A stretch of 32,000 bases of DNA from Pyrodictium abyssi (GTDB lineage Archaea; Thermoproteota; Thermoprotei_A; Sulfolobales; Pyrodictiaceae). The notes beneath the pieces are model-generated. The model worked only from the letters and a program-made list of their open reading frames with translations, had not been told where the DNA came from and ran no database searches. A program made the translations under genes and the position numbers. Shown here in pieces: positions 19,151-27,548 of the stretch. The stretch covers positions 1,650,001 through 1,682,000 of the forward strand of contig NZ_AP028907.1 of the NCBI RefSeq assembly GCF_036323395.1, given 5' to 3'. The first letter of the stretch is position 1. Every line of letters starts with the position of its first letter.

Positions 19151-19510
19151 GTGGCTGGGCGCGTGGAGCAGCCACGAGTCTACCCTAACGAGTGCGTACG
19201 CAGGATCATAGCCTTCATACCCGAGGGCCACATGCATACGAGGTTCATCCTCAACCTCGGAGACCAGGTCATAGTCCTGCACGAGGCGACTGTGGCGGCC
19301 CTGGTGAGAGCCTACGCGCTTGTCGCTACGCATCCCACCCGGCAGGCTGTGGAGCTCGAGAGCCGCCGGCTAGGCAAAGGGGAGCGGAAGCCCGGGTACG
19401 CGGAGTGGCAGCTGCTAGAGACTGGTAGGAGCGAGGAGGAGGTGCTAGAGGAGGCTCAGCGCCTATGGGCCCGGGGAGTCATCGTGGAGTGCCACAGCGG
19501 GAGCGAGTAG
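19151..19510 (+). CDS. hypothetical protein
   Basis: 119 aa ORF with coherent composition (RRIIAFIPEGHMHTRFILNLGDQVIVLHEATVAALVRAYALVATHPTRQAVELESRRL). The antisense ORF 19085..19333 looks less protein-like. Confidence 0.6.
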   Translation: MAGRVEQPRVYPNECVRRIIAFIPEGHMHTRFILNLGDQVIVLHEATVAALVRAYALVATHPTRQAVELESRRLGKGERKPGYAEWQLLETGRSEEEVLEEAQRLWARGVIVECHSGSE

Positions 19511-19557
19511 TATAATCCCTTCCGGCCGCTCTACCTCAGCCCTGGTGTATACTCTGG

Positions 19558-20964
19558 ATGCCCGGCAGCCAGAGTACTGTACCCGCGGCGCCCTGCAGGT
19601 TCGTCGGCAGGGAGAAAGAGCTACGAGCCCTTGACGAGGCCTGGGCACGCAGACCAGGGCTAGTAGTCGTCTATGGGCGCCGCCGGGTCGGGAAGACCAG
19701 GCTTGTCACGGAGTGGTTACGCCTGCGGGGAGCCAGGTCCGTCTACTATCTGGCTCACCTCTCTAGCCACGGACACAACCTGAAGCGGTTCGCCCAACGT
19801 GCAGCAGAGCAGCTAGGAGACCCGCTCATAGCGAGGCTCTCCCCCACGAGCCTAGGCGACCTGCTAGCTATACTGGCCCGTGCCGGGGTAGAGGTAGTGG
19901 TTATAGACGAGGTGACGTACTGGATAAGGGCAGCGCCCATAGTGCTTAGCGAGCTCCAGGAATTCGTAGACCATTATCTGCCCGGGTCCAGGATGCTCTT
20001 GGTGCTCACCGGGAGCCTGGTAGGAGTCATGGAGCACGAGGTGCTCGGGGGCGGGTCGCCGCTACACGCCCGGGCTGCTACGAGGCTTAAGCTAGAGCAG
20101 CTCGAGTTCAGGTACCTCCGGGAGTTTGTCCCACGCTGGAGCAGCGTGGACCGGGTAAGACTTTACGCCGTCGTGGGCGGTATACCGTTCTACCTTTGCC
20201 TGGTCGCTGGCGCTGAGAGCCTAGAGGAGGCACTACGCCGTCTCATCGTCGGGCCCGGGGCGCCCCTCAGGGAGGAAAAGGATATGCTTCTACGCGAGGA
20301 GCTAAGAGACCCCCACGTCTACAACGCGGTGCTCTCGGCCCTAGCCCGGGGCTACGATACGCCGTACCGTGTTGCCCAGGCTACGGGGCTCGACCCGAGC
20401 CACGTGAGCAAGTACCTACACGTGCTGGCCCACCTCAGCATAGTGGAGAAGCGCGTACCGCTCTTTAAGAAGAAGGGCCGCTACGCCATACGCGACCCCG
20501 TAATACGGTCCTGGTTCGGCCTAGTAGAGCCTGTGCTAGAGCTGCTCGAGATAGGCGAGGAGGGGAGAGCACTCGAGAAGATAGCGTCCATGCTGGACCA
20601 GTACGCCGCGGCTACCTGGGAGGACCTGGTCCGGCAGCATCTTCTCCGCCTCTACGCCCCCAGGGGCTACCAGAGAGCTGGGTTCCTTGAGCACCGCGGC
20701 GAGGAGCTCGACGTCGCCATCCTCGACGAGGCCGGTAAGAGAGCTATAGTAGCCGAGGTGGAGTGGAGCACCCTCAGCCTTGGCGAGGCGGAGCGGCTCC
20801 GGAGAACAGCCCTGGAGAAGGCCTACCGGCTCCTCCCCGGCGGCTATAGCGTCGAGGGGGCCTACGTCGCGGCGCGAGGGCTCCGAGGAGGCCCTAGGCC
20901 TCCGTGGCTACTTCTCCCTGGCGATCTCGACTCCCCTGCCGGGGTAGGGGCAGAGGCCTCGTAG
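19558..20964 (+). CDS. archaeal ATPase with C-terminal DUF234-like domain
   Basis: FVGREKELRALDEAW, Walker A VVYGRRRVGKTRLV, Walker B VVVIDEVTYW, wHTH (YRVAQATGLDPSHVSKYLHVLAHLSIVEKR), DUF234-like C-terminus (RYAIRDPVIRSWF...GEELDVAILDEAGKRAIVAEVEW). Confidence 0.88.
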   Translation: MPGSQSTVPAAPCRFVGREKELRALDEAWARRPGLVVVYGRRRVGKTRLVTEWLRLRGARSVYYLAHLSSHGHNLKRFAQRAAEQLGDPLIARLSPTSLGDLLAILARAGVEVVVIDEVTYWIRAAPIVLSELQEFVDHYLPGSRMLLVLTGSLVGVMEHEVLGGGSPLHARAATRLKLEQLEFRYLREFVPRWSSVDRVRLYAVVGGIPFYLCLVAGAESLEEALRRLIVGPGAPLREEKDMLLREELRDPHVYNAVLSALARGYDTPYRVAQATGLDPSHVSKYLHVLAHLSIVEKRVPLFKKKGRYAIRDPVIRSWFGLVEPVLELLEIGEEGRALEKIASMLDQYAAATWEDLVRQHLLRLYAPRGYQRAGFLEHRGEELDVAILDEAGKRAIVAEVEWSTLSLGEAERLRRTALEKAYRLLPGGYSVEGAYVAARGLRGGPRPPWLLLPGDLDSPAGVGAEAS

Positions 20965-21630
20965 CGGGCACTCGCTGCAGCGGGGGCTCCGTGCGCGGCA
21001 GTACTGGCGGCCGAGGGCTATGAGTAGGCGGTGGGCCTCCTCGCTCTTCTCGGGGCCGAAGAGCCCGAGGAGGGCCCTCGATGCCTCGTCGTAGCCGGCC
21101 TTCTCGCCTACTAGGCCCCAGCGCCGGGCTATGCGGAGCGCGTGGGTGTCTACGGCGAAGACTGGGGCGTGGCGCTTGAAGGAGAGGAAGACGTCGGCGG
21201 TCTTCTTCCCGACCCCGGGTATGGATAGGAGGAAAGCCCGCAGCTCCTCTGGAGGCTTCTCGAGCAGCACCCTCTCGCCCCCGGCCTCGATTACCCGCTT
21301 GGCTGCCTCGCGTAGCGTCCTCGCCTTCTGCCGGGCCAGCCCCGCGGGCCGTATCGCCTCGATGAGTTCCTCCTCGCTCGCCGCTAGCACGGCTTCGGGC
21401 GTGACGCGGCCGCCTAGGAGCCGGCGGAGGCTATGGTAGGCGCGTATCGAGTTGCGGTCGCTGGTGTTCTGGCTGAGGATTATGGCCGCGAGCACGGCGT
21501 AGGGGTTGCCGTCGAGCCTGTCGGCGACGAGCACTACGTAGTCGCGCCAGTCTACTCTCAGGCTCTGGGAGAGCAGCTGGTAGAGCGTCTCGCCGTCCAC
21601 CCGCCCCGCTATGCCGCGCCTCTCGGGCAA
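20908..21630 (-). CDS. nth: endonuclease III
   Basis: HhH LLSIPGVGKKTADVFLSF, catalytic-region VFAVDTHALRIARRWGLV, [4Fe-4S] motif CRARSPRCSECPLRGLC (C-X6-C-X2-C-X5-C). Confidence 0.93.
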   Translation of the reverse strand: MPERRGIAGRVDGETLYQLLSQSLRVDWRDYVVLVADRLDGNPYAVLAAIILSQNTSDRNSIRAYHSLRRLLGGRVTPEAVLAASEEELIEAIRPAGLARQKARTLREAAKRVIEAGGERVLLEKPPEELRAFLLSIPGVGKKTADVFLSFKRHAPVFAVDTHALRIARRWGLVGEKAGYDEASRALLGLFGPEKSEEAHRLLIALGRQYCRARSPRCSECPLRGLCPYPGRGVEIAREK

Positions 21631-21645
21631 AGCCGCGCCCCCGGG

Positions 21646-22818
21646 CTAGGCAGCAGTGGCCGCGGCGAGCAGCCGGTATAGCTGTAGGTGGCGCCGGGCC
21701 ATCCTTATCCACTGGGTCCGGACCGCGTAGCTGTAGAGCCCGCTCATGTAGGCCACCGCGTAGTCGTAGTTCCTTATGAGCCACTCTAGTAGCTGAGCCA
21801 GCCCAGCAGGGTCGCCGGGCGGCGCTGCTAGCCGGGGCGCGTACTGGTACAGCTCCACTAGCCGGGGCACCCGGGTCCCCGCTATCGGCTTCATGCTCCC
21901 CATCGACATGTGTAGTATGCCGCTGACAGCGTACTTGCCGGGAGGGTCGCGGTACGGCAGCACAAGCACATCCGCGAGCGCCGCGAGCTTGAGCAGCTCG
22001 TCGCCGGAGAGATAGCGGTCTATGTGCAGGAGCCACTCCGTGGTCTCCCGGGCCTCGCGGAGCTGCTCAAGCACCTCGCCGCCGCTAGCACCTTGCGGCT
22101 CACCGGCCACCACGAGGGTGAACTCTACGCCCCGGCGGGCTAGGCTCCGGGCAGCCTCCAGCAGCGTATCGAGCCCCTTGTCGGGCCGGAGGAACCCGGG
22201 GGTAGCGAGCACGACCCCCTGGAGGCTAACCGGGTCTATACCCAGGTCCCGCGCGAGCCTCGGCCGGTCAACGTCGAGGTAGGGGTTCACCAGCGTACCG
22301 TGGGGGATCCGGTTCACGAGCCGGGGACTAAGCCCCTGGCTGTAGAGCTCGAACTCCTGAAGGTAGCTGTGGACAACCACCGCGTCGGCGTCCTGGAGCA
22401 CGCGGTAGAGCTCGAGCCTCTCAAGCTTCTCCGCCGCCCCGTACGGGTGGTAAACCGTGTGGAGTGTGGCGACCACCGAGCGGGCTAGGCCCTCGCTCCG
22501 GGCCTCCAGCATCGCCTCAACCACGCGGGGAGTGTCCCCGTATATCCCGTACTCGTGCTGCAGATGGAGCACGTCCACCCCGCCTATCTCGGCGAGCGCG
22601 TCCAGGAGCCCCGAGTAGCTCGCGTCAAACCTCTCGTAGGAGGGTATAACGCGCACCCCCGGCTGCTCCCGGTAAGGCTCGCCGCCAGCCTCCCTCGTAG
22701 AGAGCACGTAGACCTCCAGCCGGGGGTCGACCGAGAGCAGCGCGTGCGCGAGCAGCCGCGTGTACTCCGCGACCCCGCAGTGCACCGGGGGATACCGCGA
22801 GACGAACGCTACACGCAA
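21646..22818 (-). CDS. glycosyltransferase family 4 protein
   Basis: MRVAFVSRYPPVHCGVAEYTRLLAHAL...; LHLQHEYGIYG; TPGFLRPDKGLDTLLEAA; LAALADVLVLPYRDPPGKYAVSGILHMSMGSMKPIAGTRVPRLVEL. Confidence 0.88.
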   Translation of the reverse strand: MRVAFVSRYPPVHCGVAEYTRLLAHALLSVDPRLEVYVLSTREAGGEPYREQPGVRVIPSYERFDASYSGLLDALAEIGGVDVLHLQHEYGIYGDTPRVVEAMLEARSEGLARSVVATLHTVYHPYGAAEKLERLELYRVLQDADAVVVHSYLQEFELYSQGLSPRLVNRIPHGTLVNPYLDVDRPRLARDLGIDPVSLQGVVLATPGFLRPDKGLDTLLEAARSLARRGVEFTLVVAGEPQGASGGEVLEQLREARETTEWLLHIDRYLSGDELLKLAALADVLVLPYRDPPGKYAVSGILHMSMGSMKPIAGTRVPRLVELYQYAPRLAAPPGDPAGLAQLLEWLIRNYDYAVAYMSGLYSYAVRTQWIRMARRHLQLYRLLAAATAA

Positions 22819-22969
22819 CCCGCTCCTACACCAGCCTGCTACAACCCCCAGAGGACTACTAGACGCTGCCCCCGTATCCCCGGGGACGGTATCACAGCGG
22901 CTCTAGCCCCTCTACACGAAGTCAGTTTATAATATCGTAAAGCCACGGGGCCGGCCGCCCCGGCAGCGC

Positions 22970-22986
22970 GTGTACAGAAACTACAC
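22970..22986. repeat. 17-bp imperfect palindrome GTGTACAGAAACTACAC, copy 1
   Basis: 14/17 identical to the element at 23024..23040; outer GTGTA/TACAC is palindromic. Confidence 0.6.
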
Positions 22987-23023
22987 ATCATGTTACCTAG
23001 AGGTAAACAGAGGGCGTCGGTAC

Positions 23024-23040
23024 GTGTACAGAGCGTACAC
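23024..23040. repeat. 17-bp near-palindrome GTGTACAGAGCGTACAC, copy 2
   Basis: GTGTAC-N5-GTACAC, 54 bp downstream of copy 1. Confidence 0.65.
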
Positions 23041-23176
23041 ATGCCCCGAGGGGTACAGGCGCGGCGGGGACCAGCGCACACGGGACAGCCAAGAAGGAGA
23101 GACGGGGACACACTCCGAGGGGCCGTTGCTAGGAGCAGGAGTGGCCGAGAAGTGTTTGCAGGATGGGCGAGAACCA

Positions 23177-23203
23177 GGGGGGTTGGGGGGATGGGGTTGG
23201 GGG
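23177..23203 (+). other. G-quadruplex-forming sequence
   Basis: G6-TT-G6-AT-G4-TT-G5: four G-tracts of at least 4 separated by 2-nt loops. Confidence 0.75.
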
Positions 23204-23213
23204 CGGTCCCAGC
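23193..23213 (+). repeat. 21-bp direct repeat GGGGTTGGGGGCGGTCCCAGC, copy A
   Basis: Exact match to 23800..23820. A partial third copy (GGTGGGGGTTGGGGGCGG) lies at 23253..23270 and matches 23796..23813 exactly. Confidence 0.8.
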
Positions 23214-23291
23214 GGCGCGGAAAGGGGGGATGAGCGTGGACGTGCACGGTGGGGTGGGGGTTGGGGGCGGAGTGGATGAGCGTGACACGCG

Positions 23292-23657
23292 TTAGGGGCT
23301 GACTATCTCCGCTTCTACGGGTATGAGGCGCTCCTCGACCGTGTCCTCTAGCTTGGATACGCGGCGCTTTAGGCCGTGGATGCTGCTGTTCAGCCTATAC
23401 AGTTCGCCCTCGACGTAGGCGCGGTACTCCTGGAACTCGCGGCGCAGCTCCTCGAGCTCGTGTAGCACTTGTAGCAGCGCCTGTGTGACCTCCTCCTGCT
23501 GGCGGCGCTTCCTCTCAGCACGCTCCTTACGGTACTTCTCCAGCCCCTCCCTTATCATCATCTTGATCAAGTCCGTTATCTGTATACCCATCTCGCTGGC
23601 ATATTCCTTGAGCTCGCTGTAAACCGCCTCTGGCAATGACAGGTGTACTGTAGGCAC
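23292..23657 (-). CDS. RHH-like DNA-binding protein with coiled-coil C-terminus
   Basis: MPTVHLSLPEAVYSELKEYASEMGIQITDLIKMMIREGLEKYRKERAERKRRQQEE followed by heptad-like helix. TATA-like tatttaag (minus strand CTTAAATA) lies at about 23695-23702. Confidence 0.7.
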   Translation of the reverse strand: MPTVHLSLPEAVYSELKEYASEMGIQITDLIKMMIREGLEKYRKERAERKRRQQEEVTQALLQVLHELEELRREFQEYRAYVEGELYRLNSSIHGLKRRVSKLEDTVEERLIPVEAEIVSP

Positions 23658-23799
23658 TGTCTCGGCCCCGTGTACACTCAGTCAAAGAGTCCTCTATTTA
23701 AGCGGAACGCGCCCTGTACGGCTCTTGTAAGAGTTCTCCAGTAATACTCACCACGGTAATCTTCTACTGTAGGCTGGACTACTAGAGAGAAGCCTGGTG

Positions 23800-23820
23800 G
23801 GGGTTGGGGGCGGTCCCAGC
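23800..23820 (+). repeat. 21-bp direct repeat GGGGTTGGGGGCGGTCCCAGC, copy C, abutting the RHH gene start
   Basis: Exact match to 23193..23213; one base precedes the ATG at 23822. Confidence 0.8.
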
Positions 23821-23821
23821 T

Positions 23822-23995
23822 ATGCGAGTCGTAACCTTCAAGGTGGATGAGGACCTGCTCGAGAAGCTAGACAGCTTCGCCCGCCTGAAGGGCGTGACAA
23901 GGAGCGAGATAATACGCAAGGCTATAGAGCTGTACCTCCGGCTAGAGGACTACAAGGTACAGCCCCAGCCAAAGATAGTGAGGCTGCTAAGCTGA
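23822..23995 (+). CDS. short ribbon-helix-helix (CopG/Arc-type) protein
   Basis: [57 protein letters not shown] is a canonical RHH. ATG at 23822; alternative TTG at 23804. Confidence 0.88.
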   Translation: MRVVTFKVDEDLLEKLDSFARLKGVTRSEIIRKAIELYLRLEDYKVQPQPKIVRLLS

Positions 23996-24111
23996 CGAGC
24001 CAGAGACGAGCAGAGAGCTGGGACACGCGCATCCAGTTTTTACCAAGGCAGGGCATGGAAAAGCCTCAGCGGGGAGAGGGAAGCCCCCTACACGCGGCGC
24101 AGCGGGGCCCC

Positions 24112-24732
24112 TCAGCTCTCTCCGCCCGTTATCTCCTCGAGCAGCCTGCGACGGAAGACCTCGTACTCCTCAGGGGTTATCGCGCCCTCGTCGAGCAGCC
24201 TCTTCAGCTTCTCAAGCTTCTCCAGGGGGTCCTCCCGCCGCTCGGCGGGGACGGCTGGCTGGGCGGGGGCCTGCCGCGCGACATAGCTCCTAGTTATCTG
24301 CTCCTTGGGCTTATTGAGCACCCACTCCTCCGAGGCTAGGTGCTTCCTCCGGACTATCGTGGGCGGCTCTACGCTTACCCTCTGGAGAGCCTCCTTTATC
24401 GCCTCCACAGCCTCCCGCGCAGCGTCCTTGTCCATCCACGGCATCTCTATCTTCTCGCCCTCCTCGGTCTCGATGTGGAACTCTGAGCGCCAGACCCCGC
24501 TGCGGAGGTACACCTGCTTGAGCTTCTCGTAGGGTATAGCGGTCGCCTCGTAGCGGCCGAGGATCTTCTCGCCGGATATGATTATCCTGCGGTCTGTCAC
24601 TACGAGCCACTTCGGCTTCTCGAGGGCGGGGCCGCTTCCTGACCGCCCGGATAATCTCCTCCCGGGGTCGAGGTTCTCAAGCAGCTTGCGTGGGAGCTTC
24701 TCTCTATCCCTGCAAGCATACACCCAATCCAT
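24112..24732 (-). CDS. PH-like domain protein with C-terminal SHOCT domain
   Basis: KWLVVTDRRIIISGEKILGRYEATAIPYEKLKQVYLRSGVWRSEFHIETEEGE (bacterial PH-like) and DPLEKLEKLKRLLDEGAITPEEYEVFRRRLL (SHOCT). Confidence 0.85.
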   Translation of the reverse strand: MDWVYACRDREKLPRKLLENLDPGRRLSGRSGSGPALEKPKWLVVTDRRIIISGEKILGRYEATAIPYEKLKQVYLRSGVWRSEFHIETEEGEKIEMPWMDKDAAREAVEAIKEALQRVSVEPPTIVRRKHLASEEWVLNKPKEQITRSYVARQAPAQPAVPAERREDPLEKLEKLKRLLDEGAITPEEYEVFRRRLLEEITGGES

Positions 24733-24754
24733 ATGGGCTATACGGGAGCCCGTC

Positions 24755-24760
24755 TTTAAA
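24755..24760 (-). promoter_or_regulatory. TATA box giving a predicted leaderless transcript for the 24112..24732 gene
   Basis: TTTAAA centred about 25 bp upstream of the ATG at 24732. Confidence 0.6.
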
Positions 24761-24834
24761 CATGGCCACGGAATAAACGAGCATGCTAAATGGTAACAGA
24801 TAACACTAAGCAGAGCCTACGCCATACAGGTGCT

Positions 24835-25773
24835 TCAGCCTTCCCGGCTAGACAGCGCTTCTCGGCCCCGATGCTCGTAGGCGATAACAGCTGCTCCCGC
24901 AAACGCAGCGAAGGCTACACGCAGTATCTGGGCACGTGTAGGCTCAATGCTGTACGAGACCTCCAACTTCACTATGCTTGACGGGCCATGGTACCGTACC
25001 CCCGGCTGCCTATACTCGAAAATGCCTCCGAGGATCTCTGCGAGCGAGAGTGCTCCCGCCACCCTTACACCCTCCTCACGTAGCTCACTCACCGTGCTAA
25101 CAATGCCCCCCACGACGCCAGCGAGCGTCGATACAACGCCGTGGGCGAGGCTTATGAAGGCGCTGTCGCCCTGCCTATCCACTTCGATGGCGAAGCCTAC
25201 CGGTGTTGAGCCATTAATAACAGCGTAGACGAGGAGTACGTGGTCATCCCTCAGCTTCTCCGGAAGATTCACTGTAGAGCCGCATTCAATAATTGCGGTA
25301 GACTTGGCCTCTAGGAGGCCCAGTATCTCCTCCATAGAGCTCCAGTCTACCAGCGCGCTGACCGCCTCGACACCGGAGCTGGGCTCGCTACTTGATGGAT
25401 GCGTGAAGCGTACAGCAGAGACCACGGGTACTAGTGATTGACGCTTTGCCTCCTGGTACACCGGTGCAAGGCCCCCAGCGCCTATGATGTAGACGCGGCA
25501 TTCGAGCGTGTACCTGCTGCCCGGCAGTGGCTCCAGCTGGTATGCTACGTCGAACCCAGCAGGAGCCCGTGGAAGGTTCCAGCGTAGCAGATCATAGGGG
25601 TAGATCACGGCCACGTCGCGGGATAGGGTGAGCGATGCCACGATCCCCGGATCGACGGGGTGAAGGTATACCGTCGCCTGGCCCACCTTCCCGACAGCGA
25701 GCACAGCCACGACGTATACCAGCGAGGTCACAACAAGAGCCAGTGCTGCCACGATCAGCAGATAGCGGAGCAT
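24835..25773 (-). CDS. membrane protein, third gene of the ABC operon
   Basis: N-terminal TM (MLRYLLIVAALALVVTSLVYVVAVLAVG), large extracytoplasmic-like domain and a C-terminal TM (RVAFAAFAGAAVIAY). Follows the permease on the same strand. Confidence 0.65.
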   Translation of the reverse strand: MLRYLLIVAALALVVTSLVYVVAVLAVGKVGQATVYLHPVDPGIVASLTLSRDVAVIYPYDLLRWNLPRAPAGFDVAYQLEPLPGSRYTLECRVYIIGAGGLAPVYQEAKRQSLVPVVSAVRFTHPSSSEPSSGVEAVSALVDWSSMEEILGLLEAKSTAIIECGSTVNLPEKLRDDHVLLVYAVINGSTPVGFAIEVDRQGDSAFISLAHGVVSTLAGVVGGIVSTVSELREEGVRVAGALSLAEILGGIFEYRQPGVRYHGPSSIVKLEVSYSIEPTRAQILRVAFAAFAGAAVIAYEHRGREALSSREG

Positions 25774-25790
25774 GCCAGGCCACCCTCTGT

Positions 25791-26564
25791 CTAGTACTCC
25801 ATGTTTGAGGCTCGGAGATAGCCTAGGAGAAGGTATGCAGCGGCAGAGACGAGGCTCTGCACAAGGCATACGTTGAACACCGTCTCGGGGTCCTCTATGC
25901 CGGGGAGATTGCTATCAGTCATCGCTAGGGCATATTGCACGCTAAGCAGTGACATGATGGTGAGGACTGCTTCAACGCCGCCACCATTGGTCATAACCAT
26001 GATGACTAGCATGGACACGGGGACCAGCAGGGTCGCAGCGAGCATAGCGGCTGCTACTGCGCCTCGGCGGAGCGTGAAGGCCGAGACCATGAACGCCAGG
26101 GAGCCGAGCTGGAGAGTAGTCAGCGCATAGCTCGCCGCTAGCACTAGGCCTATCCCGAGCCTACCCGTACTCCTTGCCACGCTGAAGGGGCTTATCAGCG
26201 GCTCTACCAGGCTCTCCGGGTTGAGGACCAGCAGAGGGAACACTATGGAGAGGAAGACAGCGGCCGCCGGGTAGACGATGACTGCGAGTATCCATGCGAG
26301 CGCGTACTCGCTCCTACGGAGCCCTGCGGCGAGGTACAGCTGCGCCCTCCGGCTCACCACCTCCTCGGCGAAGCTGTAGGCTGCGCTAGTAGCCGCGGAG
26401 AGGCCATAGGCGAGGCTGTACAAGGTGTAGAACAGCACTGCTATGAGTTCGCTATACATGCTAGCTGCCGCAAGGCCCGCTGCGGACACGGCCACGACTA
26501 GCACGGGCCTCGCGACCTGGGCTAGGATGAAGTCGGCCTGGAGGAGGACCCGGCGTAGCCTCAA
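25791..26564 (-). CDS. ABC transporter permease-like membrane protein
   Basis: 257 aa with multiple TM segments; 4-nt overlap with the upstream ATPase gene. Confidence 0.75.
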   Translation of the reverse strand: MRLRRVLLQADFILAQVARPVLVVAVSAAGLAAASMYSELIAVLFYTLYSLAYGLSAATSAAYSFAEEVVSRRAQLYLAAGLRRSEYALAWILAVIVYPAAAVFLSIVFPLLVLNPESLVEPLISPFSVARSTGRLGIGLVLAASYALTTLQLGSLAFMVSAFTLRRGAVAAAMLAATLLVPVSMLVIMVMTNGGGVEAVLTIMSLLSVQYALAMTDSNLPGIEDPETVFNVCLVQSLVSAAAYLLLGYLRASNMEY

Positions 26565-27490
26565 GCACCGCCACCCGTTATGGACACGTAGAGCTGCTCT
26601 ATGCTCCCAGTTCGCAGCGTGTACGATTCCACGAGGCCTTCGGCCTTCAGCCTGCTGAGCAGCTCCTCCACCTCGGGGCCGGGCCTCGCCTTGACGAGAA
26701 GTCTCGAGTCGCCGACGACCTCTACGCCGCGTACAACATCCTCAGCTATGAGCCTCGCAGCAGCCCGGCGAGCGGCGCGGGGCGCTGTGCTGATCTCGTA
26801 GACCCCTTCTGCCCTGTACCTTTTGACGAGTTCTGGCAGTGGTCCGTGAACAGCTACCCTGCCCTGCACAAGCACAACGAGGTAGTTTGCAACCCTCTGC
26901 ATCTCTGGGAGGATGTGGGTCGAGACCACTATTGTCGTGGAGAGGTCGCTCCCGATCGACCTGATGAGGTCTAGTATCTCGAGCCGAGCCGCCGGGTCGA
27001 GGTTGGTCGTCGGCTCGTCGAGCAGCATGAGCTCCGGCTCGCCTAGCAGCGCGTAGGCAAGGCCTAGGCGCTGGAGGTAGCCCCGGGACAGGGAGCCTAT
27101 GCGGGCCGAGAGGTAGCCCGTTAGCCCGACGACGCGGGCCCAGCGCCTAGCCTCCCCGTAGGGGTCCGGGAGGCCGAGTAGCCGGGCCCCGTGGACCAGC
27201 AGTTTCTCGACACTAACATTCAAGGGGTAAACGGGGCGCTCCGGCAGATAGCCTATCCTGGCGCGCACCTCCCCGCTGTTCCACGGCACGACGCCCAGCA
27301 CCTCTACGCGGCCACGCGTGGGAGTAGCAAAGCCCATCGCCAGGCGGAGGCTCGTGGTCTTACCTGAGCCGTTAGGCCCCACGATGCCGGCCAGCGCCCC
27401 CTCTGGGATAGAGAAGCTGGCACCTTGCAGGGCTGCGGCGCCGCCGGGGAAGATCTTCCACACGTTCTCGAAGACTACGGCGAGGCCCAA
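26561..27490 (-). CDS. ABC transporter ATP-binding protein
   Basis: Walker A GPNGSGKTT, signature LSRGYLQRLGLA, Walker B LMLLDEPTTNLDP, switch His VVSTHIL. Confidence 0.95.
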   Translation of the reverse strand: MGLAVVFENVWKIFPGGAAALQGASFSIPEGALAGIVGPNGSGKTTSLRLAMGFATPTRGRVEVLGVVPWNSGEVRARIGYLPERPVYPLNVSVEKLLVHGARLLGLPDPYGEARRWARVVGLTGYLSARIGSLSRGYLQRLGLAYALLGEPELMLLDEPTTNLDPAARLEILDLIRSIGSDLSTTIVVSTHILPEMQRVANYLVVLVQGRVAVHGPLPELVKRYRAEGVYEISTAPRAARRAAARLIAEDVVRGVEVVGDSRLLVKARPGPEVEELLSRLKAEGLVESYTLRTGSIEQLYVSITGGGA

Positions 27491-27519
27491 GACGCTGGCA
27501 CCAGGCCCGGGAGGAGGCT

Positions 27520-27548
27520 CCTAGTCTGGACTAGGGGTGCTCGGCACC
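27520..27548 (-). promoter_or_regulatory. two tandem hairpins in the predicted 5' leader of the ABC operon
   Basis: CCTAGT-CTGG-ACTAGG (27520-27535) and GGTGC-TCG-GCACC (27536-27548). TATA-like GATATAAAC (minus) at 27581-27589. Confidence 0.5.

Noticed and set aside
22990-23295. 101 aa plus-strand ORF in the 22.8-23.3 kb gap
   Set aside because: Arg/Gly-rich translation of G-tracts and dyads (GGVGVGGGVDERD...); no protein-like hydrophobic pattern.
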